Assembly: GCA_037143195.1 (NCBI GenBank)
Contig: JBAWZD010000002.1
Span: 207,157-271,156, forward strand
Length of the DNA stretch: 64,000 nucleotides
Direction: 5' to 3'
Source of the DNA: a bacterium
GTDB lineage: Bacteria > Patescibacteriota > Minisyncoccia > Phycocordibacterales > UBA9973
Of this stretch, positions 43,414-52,692 are shown in pieces (position 1 is the stretch's first letter; each line of letters starts with the position of its first letter). The notes beneath the pieces are model-generated. The model made no database searches. It was not told the origin of the DNA and saw only the letters and a list, made by a program, of their open reading frames with translations. Both the position numbers and the translations under genes were made by a program.

Positions 43414-43776
43414 TTATGTGCGAGCTTTTTTGGCTGCAGGCATCTTAGCTTTGAGATCTTTGACCATTCCACGGAAATTCTTTTTGAGCATCGTGACTTC
43501 AGCTTCGAGGTCGCTTGGGTCAACATTTTTCATATCCTTGTATTTCATTGCAAGAGCGTCAACCATCTCTTCATATGCAGGTGTTGTAAGCTCTTCGATT
43601 TTTTCCATCTTGTCGAGTGCGTCAGCTTTCATCTTGAGCATCCAACTCTTCAAATTCTTCTGATGCTTTTTGCCCTCAGGTCCAAAGAGGAGATATGCTG
43701 CACCTGCGAGACCTATCACTCCTGCACCAATTGCAATCTTGAGTCCTGTTGTATTCGTTGCTGTTTTCTTTGCCAT
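43414..43776 (-). CDS. YtxH-like membrane-anchored protein
   Basis: IGAGVIGLAGAAYLLFGPEGKK followed by helical charged region. Confidence 0.7.
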   Translation of the reverse strand: MAKKTATNTTGLKIAIGAGVIGLAGAAYLLFGPEGKKHQKNLKSWMLKMKADALDKMEKIEELTTPAYEEMVDALAMKYKDMKNVDPSDLEAEVTMLKKNFRGMVKDLKAKMPAAKKART

Positions 43777-43859
43777 AATAGTATGTGTTTGTTACGGATA
43801 ATAATGCACGTATTGTACGCTTATGCTGGAGCACACGCAATAAACCAAATAGGTGGGGA

Positions 43860-44123
43860 TTATTCTGCCTTTTGTTTCGTTTGACGTTTTGCCTTTCGTC
43901 CAAAAAGAAGATTGAACAAAAAGCTTTCCTTGATTGATTGCGAGAGGGCGTCAGCATGGTCGAAGGTAGATTCGATGCTCTGCTCGAGTCTGTCGCTTGC
44001 TCGCTTGATATTCTTGAGGATTTTGATGAGATAAACAGCAATAATAACACCCAGAATCGTAAAAATACCTACGGCAATAGTGGTAATAAAGAAAAATATG
44101 TCGGCTTTCATGAATGTATCCAT
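43860..44123 (-). CDS. DUF948-like single-TM coiled-coil protein
   Basis: MKADIFFFITT TM followed by heptad repeats. Confidence 0.7.
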   Translation of the reverse strand: MDTFMKADIFFFITTIAVGIFTILGVIIAVYLIKILKNIKRASDRLEQSIESTFDHADALSQSIKESFLFNLLFGRKAKRQTKQKAE

Positions 44124-44200
44124 ACTTGTATTCTACCATTTTTAGCGAAATGCAGTATACTGATAGGTGTCGACTTATGTGCGCCTATTGTAAAATTTTT

Positions 44201-44497
44201 ATGGAACATACATCATCAAAAAAGACTATCGGTATCATTGTTATTCTCGTTATTATCATCGTCGGTATTTTGCTCATGATGAAGAAATCAGCACCGATTA
44301 CCGTGCCAACTTCAACAGCAAATACTCCTTCGACGAGCCAGCCAGCACCAGCTCCTGTCGTAGACACAAGCCCAGCAGGACTTATCAAATCAAGTGGCAC
44401 AGCAACAGCAAGTTTGGAGCAAGACTCTGCGTCAGTTGATGCAGCATTAAAAGGTTTGAGTACTGACACAACTTCAGCAAACCAAGCAGTACAGTAA
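44201..44497 (+). CDS. single-TM Thr/Ser/Ala-rich protein
   Basis: ATG 44201; TM IGIIVILVIIIVGILL. Confidence 0.7.
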   Translation: MEHTSSKKTIGIIVILVIIIVGILLMMKKSAPITVPTSTANTPSTSQPAPAPVVDTSPAGLIKSSGTATASLEQDSASVDAALKGLSTDTTSANQAVQ

Positions 44498-44525
44498 CCA
44501 TTATTCATTCATCATATTTTATTCT

Positions 44526-45332
44526 ATGAATACACATACAACCCGAAAAATTGCGACCGCCGTGCTCCCGATTATCTGCGCACTTGCATTTGCAACGCCA
44601 ACGTTTGCGACAACAACTCCAAAGGTAGTTCATCCTACTGCACAAACTGCAGCAAAGAACACTGCCAAGACAACGACTCCTTCAGCCGCGAAAGTATCAA
44701 AGACTGAAACAGAAATCGATTCACGCGTGAGCGCACTCACCGCACTTGAGAATCGTATTACTACGATGACTCGCGTCAGTCAGGATGTAAAAAATCAGTT
44801 GACGACAACTATTCAGTCAACAATCGCCTCACTCGGTGCATTGAAGACCAAGCTTTCGACTGACACTGCAGCTGAACTCAAGGCAGACACACTTACTATG
44901 ACTGCTGGTACTCGCGTGTACGCACTCGTCGTTCCACAGGTTCGCATTCTTGCAGCAGCTGATCGTGCAAATACTGTTGCCGACATGCTTACCAATGTTG
45001 ATGCGAAACTCAAGACACGTCTCTCTGATGCAACGACTGCAGGCAAAGACGTAACAGCACTCGCCACAGCTGAGACTGACATGGAAGCAAAGATCAGTGA
45101 TGCGAATACACAGATTCAGGCCGTACTTTCTGGTGTTTCAAACCTTACTCCAGATGGTGGGGACAAGACCAAGCTTGCATCAAACACACTCGCACTCAAG
45201 ACTGCTCGCACAGCACTCAAGACCGCTGAACAGGACCTTACTGCAGCTCAAAAGGACTCAAAGACCATCGTAAATGGTCTCAAGGCAATGGAGGGAGCAA
45301 AGACACAGACAGAGACCACAACGACTCACTAA
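44526..45332 (+). CDS. secreted Thr/Ala-rich helical protein
   Basis: Signal peptide; RVYALVVPQVRILAAADR core; coiled-coil character. Confidence 0.8.
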   Translation: MNTHTTRKIATAVLPIICALAFATPTFATTTPKVVHPTAQTAAKNTAKTTTPSAAKVSKTETEIDSRVSALTALENRITTMTRVSQDVKNQLTTTIQSTIASLGALKTKLSTDTAAELKADTLTMTAGTRVYALVVPQVRILAAADRANTVADMLTNVDAKLKTRLSDATTAGKDVTALATAETDMEAKISDANTQIQAVLSGVSNLTPDGGDKTKLASNTLALKTARTALKTAEQDLTAAQKDSKTIVNGLKAMEGAKTQTETTTTH

Positions 45333-45368
45333 GGAGACAATACGCTGATACTGTGCTAGCCTAAGAGT

Positions 45369-46145
45369 ATGAGCCAAGAAAAAATATATATGTACGGAAA
45401 GCATGCGCTCATCGAAGCGCTTCTTTCCGCTCCAGAGATGCTTGAACACGTGTATCTCATGGAAAAACCAGACGGTGAACTCGCCGGATTGATTGAGTCG
45501 ACAGGACTCGCGTATTCACGTTTTGATTCAAAGACGATTCCACGTGGTGTTGAGCGCGATGCGAACCACCAGGGATATATTGGATCAATTCGCATGGGGC
45601 GTTTGGTCAAAGATTATGGGACGTTCATCTCAGGACTTGAGGTGACGAACGACACAGCTCTCGTTGTGATGGGTGAATTGCAAGACCCCCAAAACGTTGG
45701 AGCGGTGATCCGCACGGCAGCAGCGTTTGGTATCAAAGGAGTGCTCATTCCAGAACACAACCAAGCACAAGTCACTGGCACTGTCGTCAAAGTATCTGCT
45801 GGAATGGCATTTCGAGTTCCACTCGTTTCAATCGGCAATGTGAACGACACGCTTCGTGATTTGAAAGAACGCGGTTTTTGGATGTACGGTCTCGATGGGG
45901 AAGCAAAGCAATCAATCGTCGACGAAGCATTCGAAGCACCATCAGTATTCGTTTTTGGAAATGAACAAAACGGTATCCGTGAGAAGACACTTGAACTGTG
46001 CGATATTCCGCTTTCGATTCCGATGAGTCCAGATTGTGAATCACTCAACGTCGCAGCAAGTGCTGCTATTGCGCTCTACGCGTGGAGTACAAAGCATGAA
46101 AACGCACTCGGTCGCCCATGGAAAGGAGGTCGCTCTAAAAAATAA
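45369..46145 (+). CDS. rlmB: 23S rRNA Gm2251 methyltransferase, TrmH/SpoU family
   Basis: YGKHA, HQG, QDPQNVGAVIRTA, GNE..G, ESLNVA. Confidence 0.88.
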   Translation: MSQEKIYMYGKHALIEALLSAPEMLEHVYLMEKPDGELAGLIESTGLAYSRFDSKTIPRGVERDANHQGYIGSIRMGRLVKDYGTFISGLEVTNDTALVVMGELQDPQNVGAVIRTAAAFGIKGVLIPEHNQAQVTGTVVKVSAGMAFRVPLVSIGNVNDTLRDLKERGFWMYGLDGEAKQSIVDEAFEAPSVFVFGNEQNGIREKTLELCDIPLSIPMSPDCESLNVAASAAIALYAWSTKHENALGRPWKGGRSKK

Positions 46146-46160
46146 TCATCAATCAATTCT

Positions 46161-47021
46161 ATGCACTGGTTTCTCTATGCAATAACTGGTTCGATACTCG
46201 TTGGAGTGTTCGTTGCGTTGTTTAAAATTCCTGCACATAAAGGATACAAAAGTTTACCCGTATTACTTTTCTCGTTCTTAACATCAGGCATCGTTGCAAT
46301 CGGACTCTTTCACAACGCCTTTGCACTTACGAGCGTGGGTGTTCTCGTGTGTGCATTTTTATGGGGACTGAGTTTTGCTGTTGCTTCTGCGGTACAGATG
46401 CACGCGCTCCGTCATGTTGACGTTGCTGTGCTCTCGCCACTCACTGCGTCGCTCGGGCTTTCTGTGAGCGTCGTGCTCGGAATCTTTTTCTTTCACGATC
46501 CAATTTCATATTCCGCATGGAGTGGAATTACGCTCGTTATTTTGACGATTCTATTTTTGTCTGAGAAAAAGGAAAAGGATGAAGGCTCATTTTTTGGCGC
46601 GGGATTTTGGTTTGTACTTGTTATTGTTGCGCTCGGAGTATTTGGAACATTTTTGGTCAAATACGAAACAGTGCACTATTCAATTCAGGCGATTCAGCTC
46701 TACCAATATTTCTTTGCGATGCTTATGACCGGATTACTCATTCCAATCACCAAACAACATCGTGAAGGAAAGATTACGAAAAAGGATTGCATGGATGCTG
46801 CACCGTGGGGAATCGCGCTCGGACTTTTGTCTGTTGTCGGTGGCTACTTGATGTACCTCTCGTTCCAGACTGGTCCATTCGCAATCGTGAACGCGATCAA
46901 CTCGCTCTATATTATTGTCACAGTCATTGTGGCGGCAGTTTTGTTTAAAGAAAAACTCACCAAAAAGCGTGCCTTGCTCGTATTGTTTGCAGTTGTTGCG
47001 CTCATCCTCATGAATTTTTAA
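46161..47021 (+). CDS. EamA/DMT family transporter
   Basis: About 10 TM in two repeats; FKEKLT end motif. Confidence 0.85.
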   Translation: MHWFLYAITGSILVGVFVALFKIPAHKGYKSLPVLLFSFLTSGIVAIGLFHNAFALTSVGVLVCAFLWGLSFAVASAVQMHALRHVDVAVLSPLTASLGLSVSVVLGIFFFHDPISYSAWSGITLVILTILFLSEKKEKDEGSFFGAGFWFVLVIVALGVFGTFLVKYETVHYSIQAIQLYQYFFAMLMTGLLIPITKQHREGKITKKDCMDAAPWGIALGLLSVVGGYLMYLSFQTGPFAIVNAINSLYIIVTVIVAAVLFKEKLTKKRALLVLFAVVALILMNF

Positions 47022-47072
47022 GTGAGTGTCTCCCGCGTTGCAAATGCTCACTCTTTGAGCTACGATTGCGGT

Positions 47073-47798
47073 ATGACACCAGTCATTCTCTCGCTCCTCA
47101 CATTTTTCTCCACATTTTTTGGAGGGCTTTTTTCGCTCAAGAACAAGAATCGTCTGCACCTTATTATGGGCTTCACTGCGGGCGTATTGCTCGGCGTTGT
47201 TGCCTTTGATATTTTTCCAGAAATTATTTCACTCGTGAATGATGGGGGACGCAACCCTCTGTATCCGATGATCGCACTCGTGGCGGGATTTTTGATTTTT
47301 CATATTCTTGAGAAATCGATTCTCATTCACCATTCGCATGAAGATGAATACGAAGACCACAAACATCCCGATGTTGGAGTATTTTCTGCGCTCGCACTTG
47401 CGGGGCATAGCTTCATGGACGGCGTGGGTATTGGGCTCGGATTTCAAGTTTCAAACTCTGTTGGGATTCTTGTTGCGATCGCAGTGATTGCTCACGATTT
47501 CACTGACGGCATGAATACAATTACACTCATGCTGACAAACAAGAACAGCGTTAGCCGTGCGCGCTGGTTTCTCCTGATTGATGCGCTCGCTCCAGTACTT
47601 GGAGCTATATCGACACTTTTCTTTCATGTTTCAAATGGCTTTTTGGTGCTGTACCTCGGATTTTTTGCGGGATTCCTTTTGTATATCGGCGCGTCAGATA
47701 TTTTGCCTGAGGCACACAGTAAACACAGCTCATGGAAAACGATCGCCCTTACCGTGCTCGGCGTCGTGCTTACCTTTTGCGTGACACGCGTCGTCTAG
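47073..47798 (+). CDS. ZIP family metal transporter
   Basis: His-rich loop HHSHEDEYEDHKH; HSFMDG; AHDFTDG; DILPEAH. Confidence 0.92.
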   Translation: MTPVILSLLTFFSTFFGGLFSLKNKNRLHLIMGFTAGVLLGVVAFDIFPEIISLVNDGGRNPLYPMIALVAGFLIFHILEKSILIHHSHEDEYEDHKHPDVGVFSALALAGHSFMDGVGIGLGFQVSNSVGILVAIAVIAHDFTDGMNTITLMLTNKNSVSRARWFLLIDALAPVLGAISTLFFHVSNGFLVLYLGFFAGFLLYIGASDILPEAHSKHSSWKTIALTVLGVVLTFCVTRVV

Positions 47799-47835
47799 TT
47801 TGAGAATACCGGCGAAGTTGCTAGAATAGCGGGAT

Positions 47836-48756
47836 ATGGAATCAAAATCAAAAAGCCTGTTTTCTGGGCCTCTACTCATTGTTATCGCCGCACTCCTTTG
47901 GGGTATCGACGGTATTTTGCGTCGTTCACTCTATACGCTTCCACCAATCACGATTGTGTTCTTTGAGCATTTGATTGGCTTTGTAATTTTGTTCCCATTC
48001 ATTTGGAAGAGTTTTAAGACAGAAACATTGTCAAAGAAAGAATGGTCTGCGATCGTGTTTGTCGCGCTTCTCTCGGGTCTTCTCGGTACGCTTTGGTTTA
48101 CGACTGCATTGCTCGATACGATGTTCATTTCTTTTTCTGTTGTATTTTTGCTCCAGAAATTACAACCAATTTTTGCCATCACAACTGCACGTATTTTTCT
48201 CAAAGAACGAGTCGGCAAAGGATATCGTCTCTGGGCACTCCTTGCGCTCGTCGCCGCGTATTTTGTCACGTTTCCAAACGGTGTCGTGAATTTTAAAACA
48301 GGCGCAGGTACGATCATCGCCGCACTCTTTGCTATTGGTGCGGCCTTCGCATGGGGCACATCGACGACATTTTCCAAGATTGCACTTCGTGATCGCTCGA
48401 GCAATTACATTACTGCACTGCGATTTTTGCTCACACTCGTGATGGCATTCGTCGGAGTGCTTCTCCTCGGCAAAGCGCCAAGTCTCTCGACTATCAATCA
48501 CACACAGATTCTCACGCTCGTCGTCATCGCGCTCTCAAGTGGTATGGTCTCACTCCTGATTTATTACCGCGGACTCAAGACGACGCCGGTGTCTGTCTCG
48601 ACTATTCTTGAATTATTTTATCCACTCGTTGCCGTCGTGATCGACGTAGTCTTGTATCACAACGTGCTCGCATGGTCACAATATCTCGCCGCAGCAATCT
48701 TGCTCTACGCAATGTACCGCGTCGGCAAACTCGCACACGATCCAGTTTCGGCGTAG
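47836..48756 (+). CDS. EamA/DMT transporter (possible riboflavin importer by context)
   Basis: IAALLWG, LQKLQPIF, FLKER; directly upstream of riboflavin kinase. Confidence 0.85.
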   Translation: MESKSKSLFSGPLLIVIAALLWGIDGILRRSLYTLPPITIVFFEHLIGFVILFPFIWKSFKTETLSKKEWSAIVFVALLSGLLGTLWFTTALLDTMFISFSVVFLLQKLQPIFAITTARIFLKERVGKGYRLWALLALVAAYFVTFPNGVVNFKTGAGTIIAALFAIGAAFAWGTSTTFSKIALRDRSSNYITALRFLLTLVMAFVGVLLLGKAPSLSTINHTQILTLVVIALSSGMVSLLIYYRGLKTTPVSVSTILELFYPLVAVVIDVVLYHNVLAWSQYLAAAILLYAMYRVGKLAHDPVSA

Positions 48757-48764
48757 AAATATGT

Positions 48765-49142
48765 ATGATGCATTTTGAGTCCACAACAGTTCATGGTTAC
48801 GGGAGAGGCAAAGGACTTGGTTTCCCGACTATTAACATGGTTGTACCTCTGCACGGATTTTCTGACATGCGCCACGGTGTGTACGCAGCACGCGCGAATG
48901 TGGACGGCGTGGAGTACGGTGGAGCCCTCTACTATGGTCCCGCACCAACATTCGACCAAAACGAAATCGCACTTGAGATTTATTTGCTCGACGCACCACA
49001 TTTTTCGATCGAAAAAGGCGCTCCTGTCGCAGTCGATATCGTTCAATTCATTCGACCCGTCATGAAATTTGATACGCCAGAACTTCTCGTGCAACAAATG
49101 CAGAGAGATGAGCAGGCGATACGGCAGGTTCTCAAAATTTAG
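48765..49142 (+). CDS. stand-alone riboflavin kinase
   Basis: VHGYGRGKGLGFPTIN, GVYA, PTF, EIYLLD, FIRPVMKF; no FAD synthetase domain. Confidence 0.88.
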   Translation: MMHFESTTVHGYGRGKGLGFPTINMVVPLHGFSDMRHGVYAARANVDGVEYGGALYYGPAPTFDQNEIALEIYLLDAPHFSIEKGAPVAVDIVQFIRPVMKFDTPELLVQQMQRDEQAIRQVLKI

Positions 49143-49169
49143 TTGATTGATATCATAAAATTAGCGTCT

Positions 49170-49199
49170 AAAACAGCCCCAGAACATCGGGGCTGTTTT
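49170..49199 (+). terminator. intrinsic terminator
   Basis: AAAACAGCCCC/GGGGCTGTTTT plus T-run. Confidence 0.7.
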
Positions 49200-49235
49200 T
49201 TATCTGAAATATCAATTTTGTGCTATAACTACACT

Positions 49236-51809
49236 ATGAAATCAAAGAAATTAGCGACCCAATCTGTGCGACTTTCGGGAGCGGTTGTGCCGACCAATTA
49301 CCGTGTGTTTTTGCACCCAGACCTTGAGGCTCATACCTTTTCGGGCGAGGAGACTATTTCGCTTTTGGTGGTGAAGCCGGCGAAGGAAATTACGCTTCAT
49401 TCGAGCGAGCTCGCGATAGCGAGCGTGAGTGTGCAGTTCGGCAAAGAAACACATTCGGTTGCAAAGATTTCGTACGATACAAAATCCGAAACAGCAACGT
49501 TTCATTTCACAAAACCAATTCCAAAGGGCAAAGCAAAACTCACCATCGCATGGACCGGAATTCTCAAAGACAACATGCGTGGATTTTACAAGAGTCGCTA
49601 CGTTGTCGATGGTGCTGAGCGATTCATGGCAACAACGCAATTTGAGGCGACTGATGCGCGTCGTTGTTTGCCGTGTTTTGACGAGCCAGCAATCAAAGCA
49701 ACATTTGAAGTATCACTCGCCGTCGCGGGAGACAGAACTGCGATTTCAAATACGCTTCCTGAGGCAGTGCGTGAACACGAAGCAGGATACAAAATCATTT
49801 CATTTGCTCCGACACCTAAAATGTCGACCTATTTGCTTGCGTTCATCGTCGGAGATTTTGAAGCAATCGAGCAGAAGACGAAGTCGGGCGTACTCGTTCG
49901 TGTACTGACTGTGCCGGGCAAAAGTCATCAAGCACAATTTGCACTTGACGTGACTGTGCGCTGTTTGGAATTTTACGAATCATATTTCCAGATTCGCTAT
50001 CCGCTCAATACGCTCGACATGATTGCGATTCCGGATTTTGCGTCACTTGCGATGGAAAACTGGGGAGCGATTACGTTTCGAGAAATAGGGTTACTCGTTG
50101 ATGAAGCAAACACTTCGACCTCGACCAAAGAGCTCGTCGCCGAAGTTATTGCTCACGAACTCGCACACCAATGGTTTGGCAATCTTGTCACCATGGAATG
50201 GTGGACGCATTTGTGGCTCAACGAAGGATTTGCGTCATATATTCCATATCTCGCGCTCACCGAACTTTTCCCGGAATGGAATGTGTGGGACAAATTTGCG
50301 ACCGACACACTTGCCACCGCACTCAAACTCGACGCACTCGAACACACGCATCCAATCGAAGTCGACGTGCATCACCCAAATGAAATTGGTGAGATTTTTG
50401 ACGCGGTTTCATATTCAAAAGGCGCATCAGTCATTCGCATGCTCGCCGAATATCTCGGCGCGAAGATGTTCCAGAAGGGTCTCACGTACTACCTCAAGAA
50501 GCACAGCTACGCGAATGCAAGTACGATCGACTTGTGGGATGCATTTGAGAAGGTATCAAAGAAGCCTGTCAAAAAGATGATGGCAGTCTGGACCAAGCAA
50601 AGTGGCTATCCGCTTGTTTCGATTGAAGACATGGGCACGAAATGTGTCGTGAGCCAAAAGCGATTTTTCTCAAGTTCGGCAAGTGCCAAAAAATCAAAAG
50701 AGAGTACGACATGGCCAATTCCTCTTTCGTATGTCACCGAAAAAGGGGAGAAGCAACTCGATCTCATGACCAAGAAAAAATTGGTTATGCCAAAGCCGAA
50801 TGCGCTTTGGCATAAATGGAACGCACACGAAGGCTCACTGTATCGCGTGCGTTACAGTGAATCTCTCCTCTTTGCGCTCGGCGACGGTATCGTCAAAAAA
50901 CAATTGTCACCGAGTGATCGTCTTGGAATTATTCGTGATTTGTTTGCACTCGCTGAAGCAGGTGAAGTACCGACGACGACCGTGCTCCAATTCGCCAAGC
51001 TCTACAAAGATGAGACAGAATATATCGTGTGGGTAGAGATTGTGTCTGGTATGCGATATATTGCAAACCTTCTGTATGGATCACCTTCGTACAAACCATT
51101 TCGTGCATATGCTCGAGAAATGTTCCACGCTGTGGCGACACGAATTGGATTTGATGCGAAACCAAACGAATCACATGACACGACATTGCTTCGACCGCTC
51201 GTGCTCGGATCGGCATCGTTCTTCGGCGACGAGATTGTCATCACCGAAGCATTGAAACGATTTACTGAACACGCAAAGCGACCAATCAATCCTGATATTC
51301 GCGGAGTCATTTATGCAACAGTTGCGCGTACAGGAGGAGAAAAAGAATATGCACAATTGCTCGCTATGTATCGCGCCGAGACATTGCATGAGGAAAAGAA
51401 TCGTTTGCTTGGAGCGCTCGGTATTTTTCAAGACAAGAAATTGCTCGCAAAGACGCTCGCATTCACAATGACAGACGAAGTCCGCATGCAAGATCGCAAT
51501 GGCGCATTTGCAAGTGTGCTTGTAAATCCGGCAGGCCGCGCGCTTGGCTGGCAGTATCTTAAGAAAAATTGGGACAAAATTGGTGCATCATACGGTGAAG
51601 GCAATCATTTGCTCTCGCGCCTCATCCAAGTACTCAATCGCAACACGACTCGCGACGCATACACCGATATCAAAACATTCTTCAAGACACATTCCGCTCC
51701 CGCAGCAGAACGCACGACACTTCAAACACTTGAGAATATTGATTCAAATATTCGTTGGCTCGCGCGCGATGAGAAAAAAATCGAGCAGTGGTTCAAAGCA
51801 GAGAAATAA
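49236..51809 (+). CDS. pepN: M1 family aminopeptidase with ERAP1-like C-terminus
   Basis: TQFEATDARR, AMENWG, HELAHQWFGN..WLNEG, YSKG. Confidence 0.93.
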   Translation: MKSKKLATQSVRLSGAVVPTNYRVFLHPDLEAHTFSGEETISLLVVKPAKEITLHSSELAIASVSVQFGKETHSVAKISYDTKSETATFHFTKPIPKGKAKLTIAWTGILKDNMRGFYKSRYVVDGAERFMATTQFEATDARRCLPCFDEPAIKATFEVSLAVAGDRTAISNTLPEAVREHEAGYKIISFAPTPKMSTYLLAFIVGDFEAIEQKTKSGVLVRVLTVPGKSHQAQFALDVTVRCLEFYESYFQIRYPLNTLDMIAIPDFASLAMENWGAITFREIGLLVDEANTSTSTKELVAEVIAHELAHQWFGNLVTMEWWTHLWLNEGFASYIPYLALTELFPEWNVWDKFATDTLATALKLDALEHTHPIEVDVHHPNEIGEIFDAVSYSKGASVIRMLAEYLGAKMFQKGLTYYLKKHSYANASTIDLWDAFEKVSKKPVKKMMAVWTKQSGYPLVSIEDMGTKCVVSQKRFFSSSASAKKSKESTTWPIPLSYVTEKGEKQLDLMTKKKLVMPKPNALWHKWNAHEGSLYRVRYSESLLFALGDGIVKKQLSPSDRLGIIRDLFALAEAGEVPTTTVLQFAKLYKDETEYIVWVEIVSGMRYIANLLYGSPSYKPFRAYAREMFHAVATRIGFDAKPNESHDTTLLRPLVLGSASFFGDEIVITEALKRFTEHAKRPINPDIRGVIYATVARTGGEKEYAQLLAMYRAETLHEEKNRLLGALGIFQDKKLLAKTLAFTMTDEVRMQDRNGAFASVLVNPAGRALGWQYLKKNWDKIGASYGEGNHLLSRLIQVLNRNTTRDAYTDIKTFFKTHSAPAAERTTLQTLENIDSNIRWLARDEKKIEQWFKAEK

Positions 51810-51812
51810 TGT

Positions 51813-52667
51813 ATGTGGATATTGTACGCGAGTATTTCAATGCTGAGTTCGTCGATCAGGCGTGTGTATGACAAACGACTCACGAGTCACTTCGGCAATG
51901 TGTCGATGCCATTGGTGATCAATATTTTTTCGCTGTTTACACTGCTTCCACTCGTGTTTTTCTTCCCAATGCCACACGATATCTGGCATCTCTCGGTACG
52001 ATTTTGGATTCCACTCCTCCTTTCAGCCGTTGTTGTATATCCGCTGCAGGTCTATTTCTATGTGCGCGCTGTACGAGAAGGGGAATTGTCTGCCGTTGCT
52101 CCGCTCATGACGATTACGCCAATTTTTAATATCGTAACGTCGCTTGTGTTGCTTGGAGAAATTCCGTCACGCATCGGAGTGCTTGGTATTGCAAGTATTG
52201 CCGTTGGAGTCTATTTGCTTCTTGAGAAAAAAATTCCGACAAAAGTGAAGTGGAGACCAGAAGTCATTATGGCAGTGTCGATGTTTTTCTACGCACTTGC
52301 GAGTTCGCTCGACAAGATTGCGATCACAGCTTCAACGGCAGTTTTTTACAGTGTCGTGAATATGATCATCTCGATTCTTGTGTTGTTTGTGTATGTATAT
52401 ATGTCAGGCCAGCAAAATGATCTCAAGAAAATGAGACCACTATTCAAAAACATTTTATTGGTTGGCTCACTACTGACTGTATCGTTTGTCGGTGCAGAGC
52501 TTGCCTTCTCATATGGTCCAACAGCCTACGTGCTCGCGATTCGCAACGGCGCATTCGTACTCACGACGATTTGGGCCGTCATCAAACTCAAAGAATCATT
52601 CTCACTTCAAAAGGGTATCGCAATCGCACTCTTTTTTGCCGGTGGACTCATGCTCGCGTTTGCGTAA
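51813..52667 (+). CDS. EamA/DMT family transporter
   Basis: About 10 TM; GELSAVAPL, LGE, LKE. Confidence 0.85.
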   Translation: MWILYASISMLSSSIRRVYDKRLTSHFGNVSMPLVINIFSLFTLLPLVFFFPMPHDIWHLSVRFWIPLLLSAVVVYPLQVYFYVRAVREGELSAVAPLMTITPIFNIVTSLVLLGEIPSRIGVLGIASIAVGVYLLLEKKIPTKVKWRPEVIMAVSMFFYALASSLDKIAITASTAVFYSVVNMIISILVLFVYVYMSGQQNDLKKMRPLFKNILLVGSLLTVSFVGAELAFSYGPTAYVLAIRNGAFVLTTIWAVIKLKESFSLQKGIAIALFFAGGLMLAFA

Positions 52668-52692
52668 TTTTGTCTGTATACTCTGCATATAT

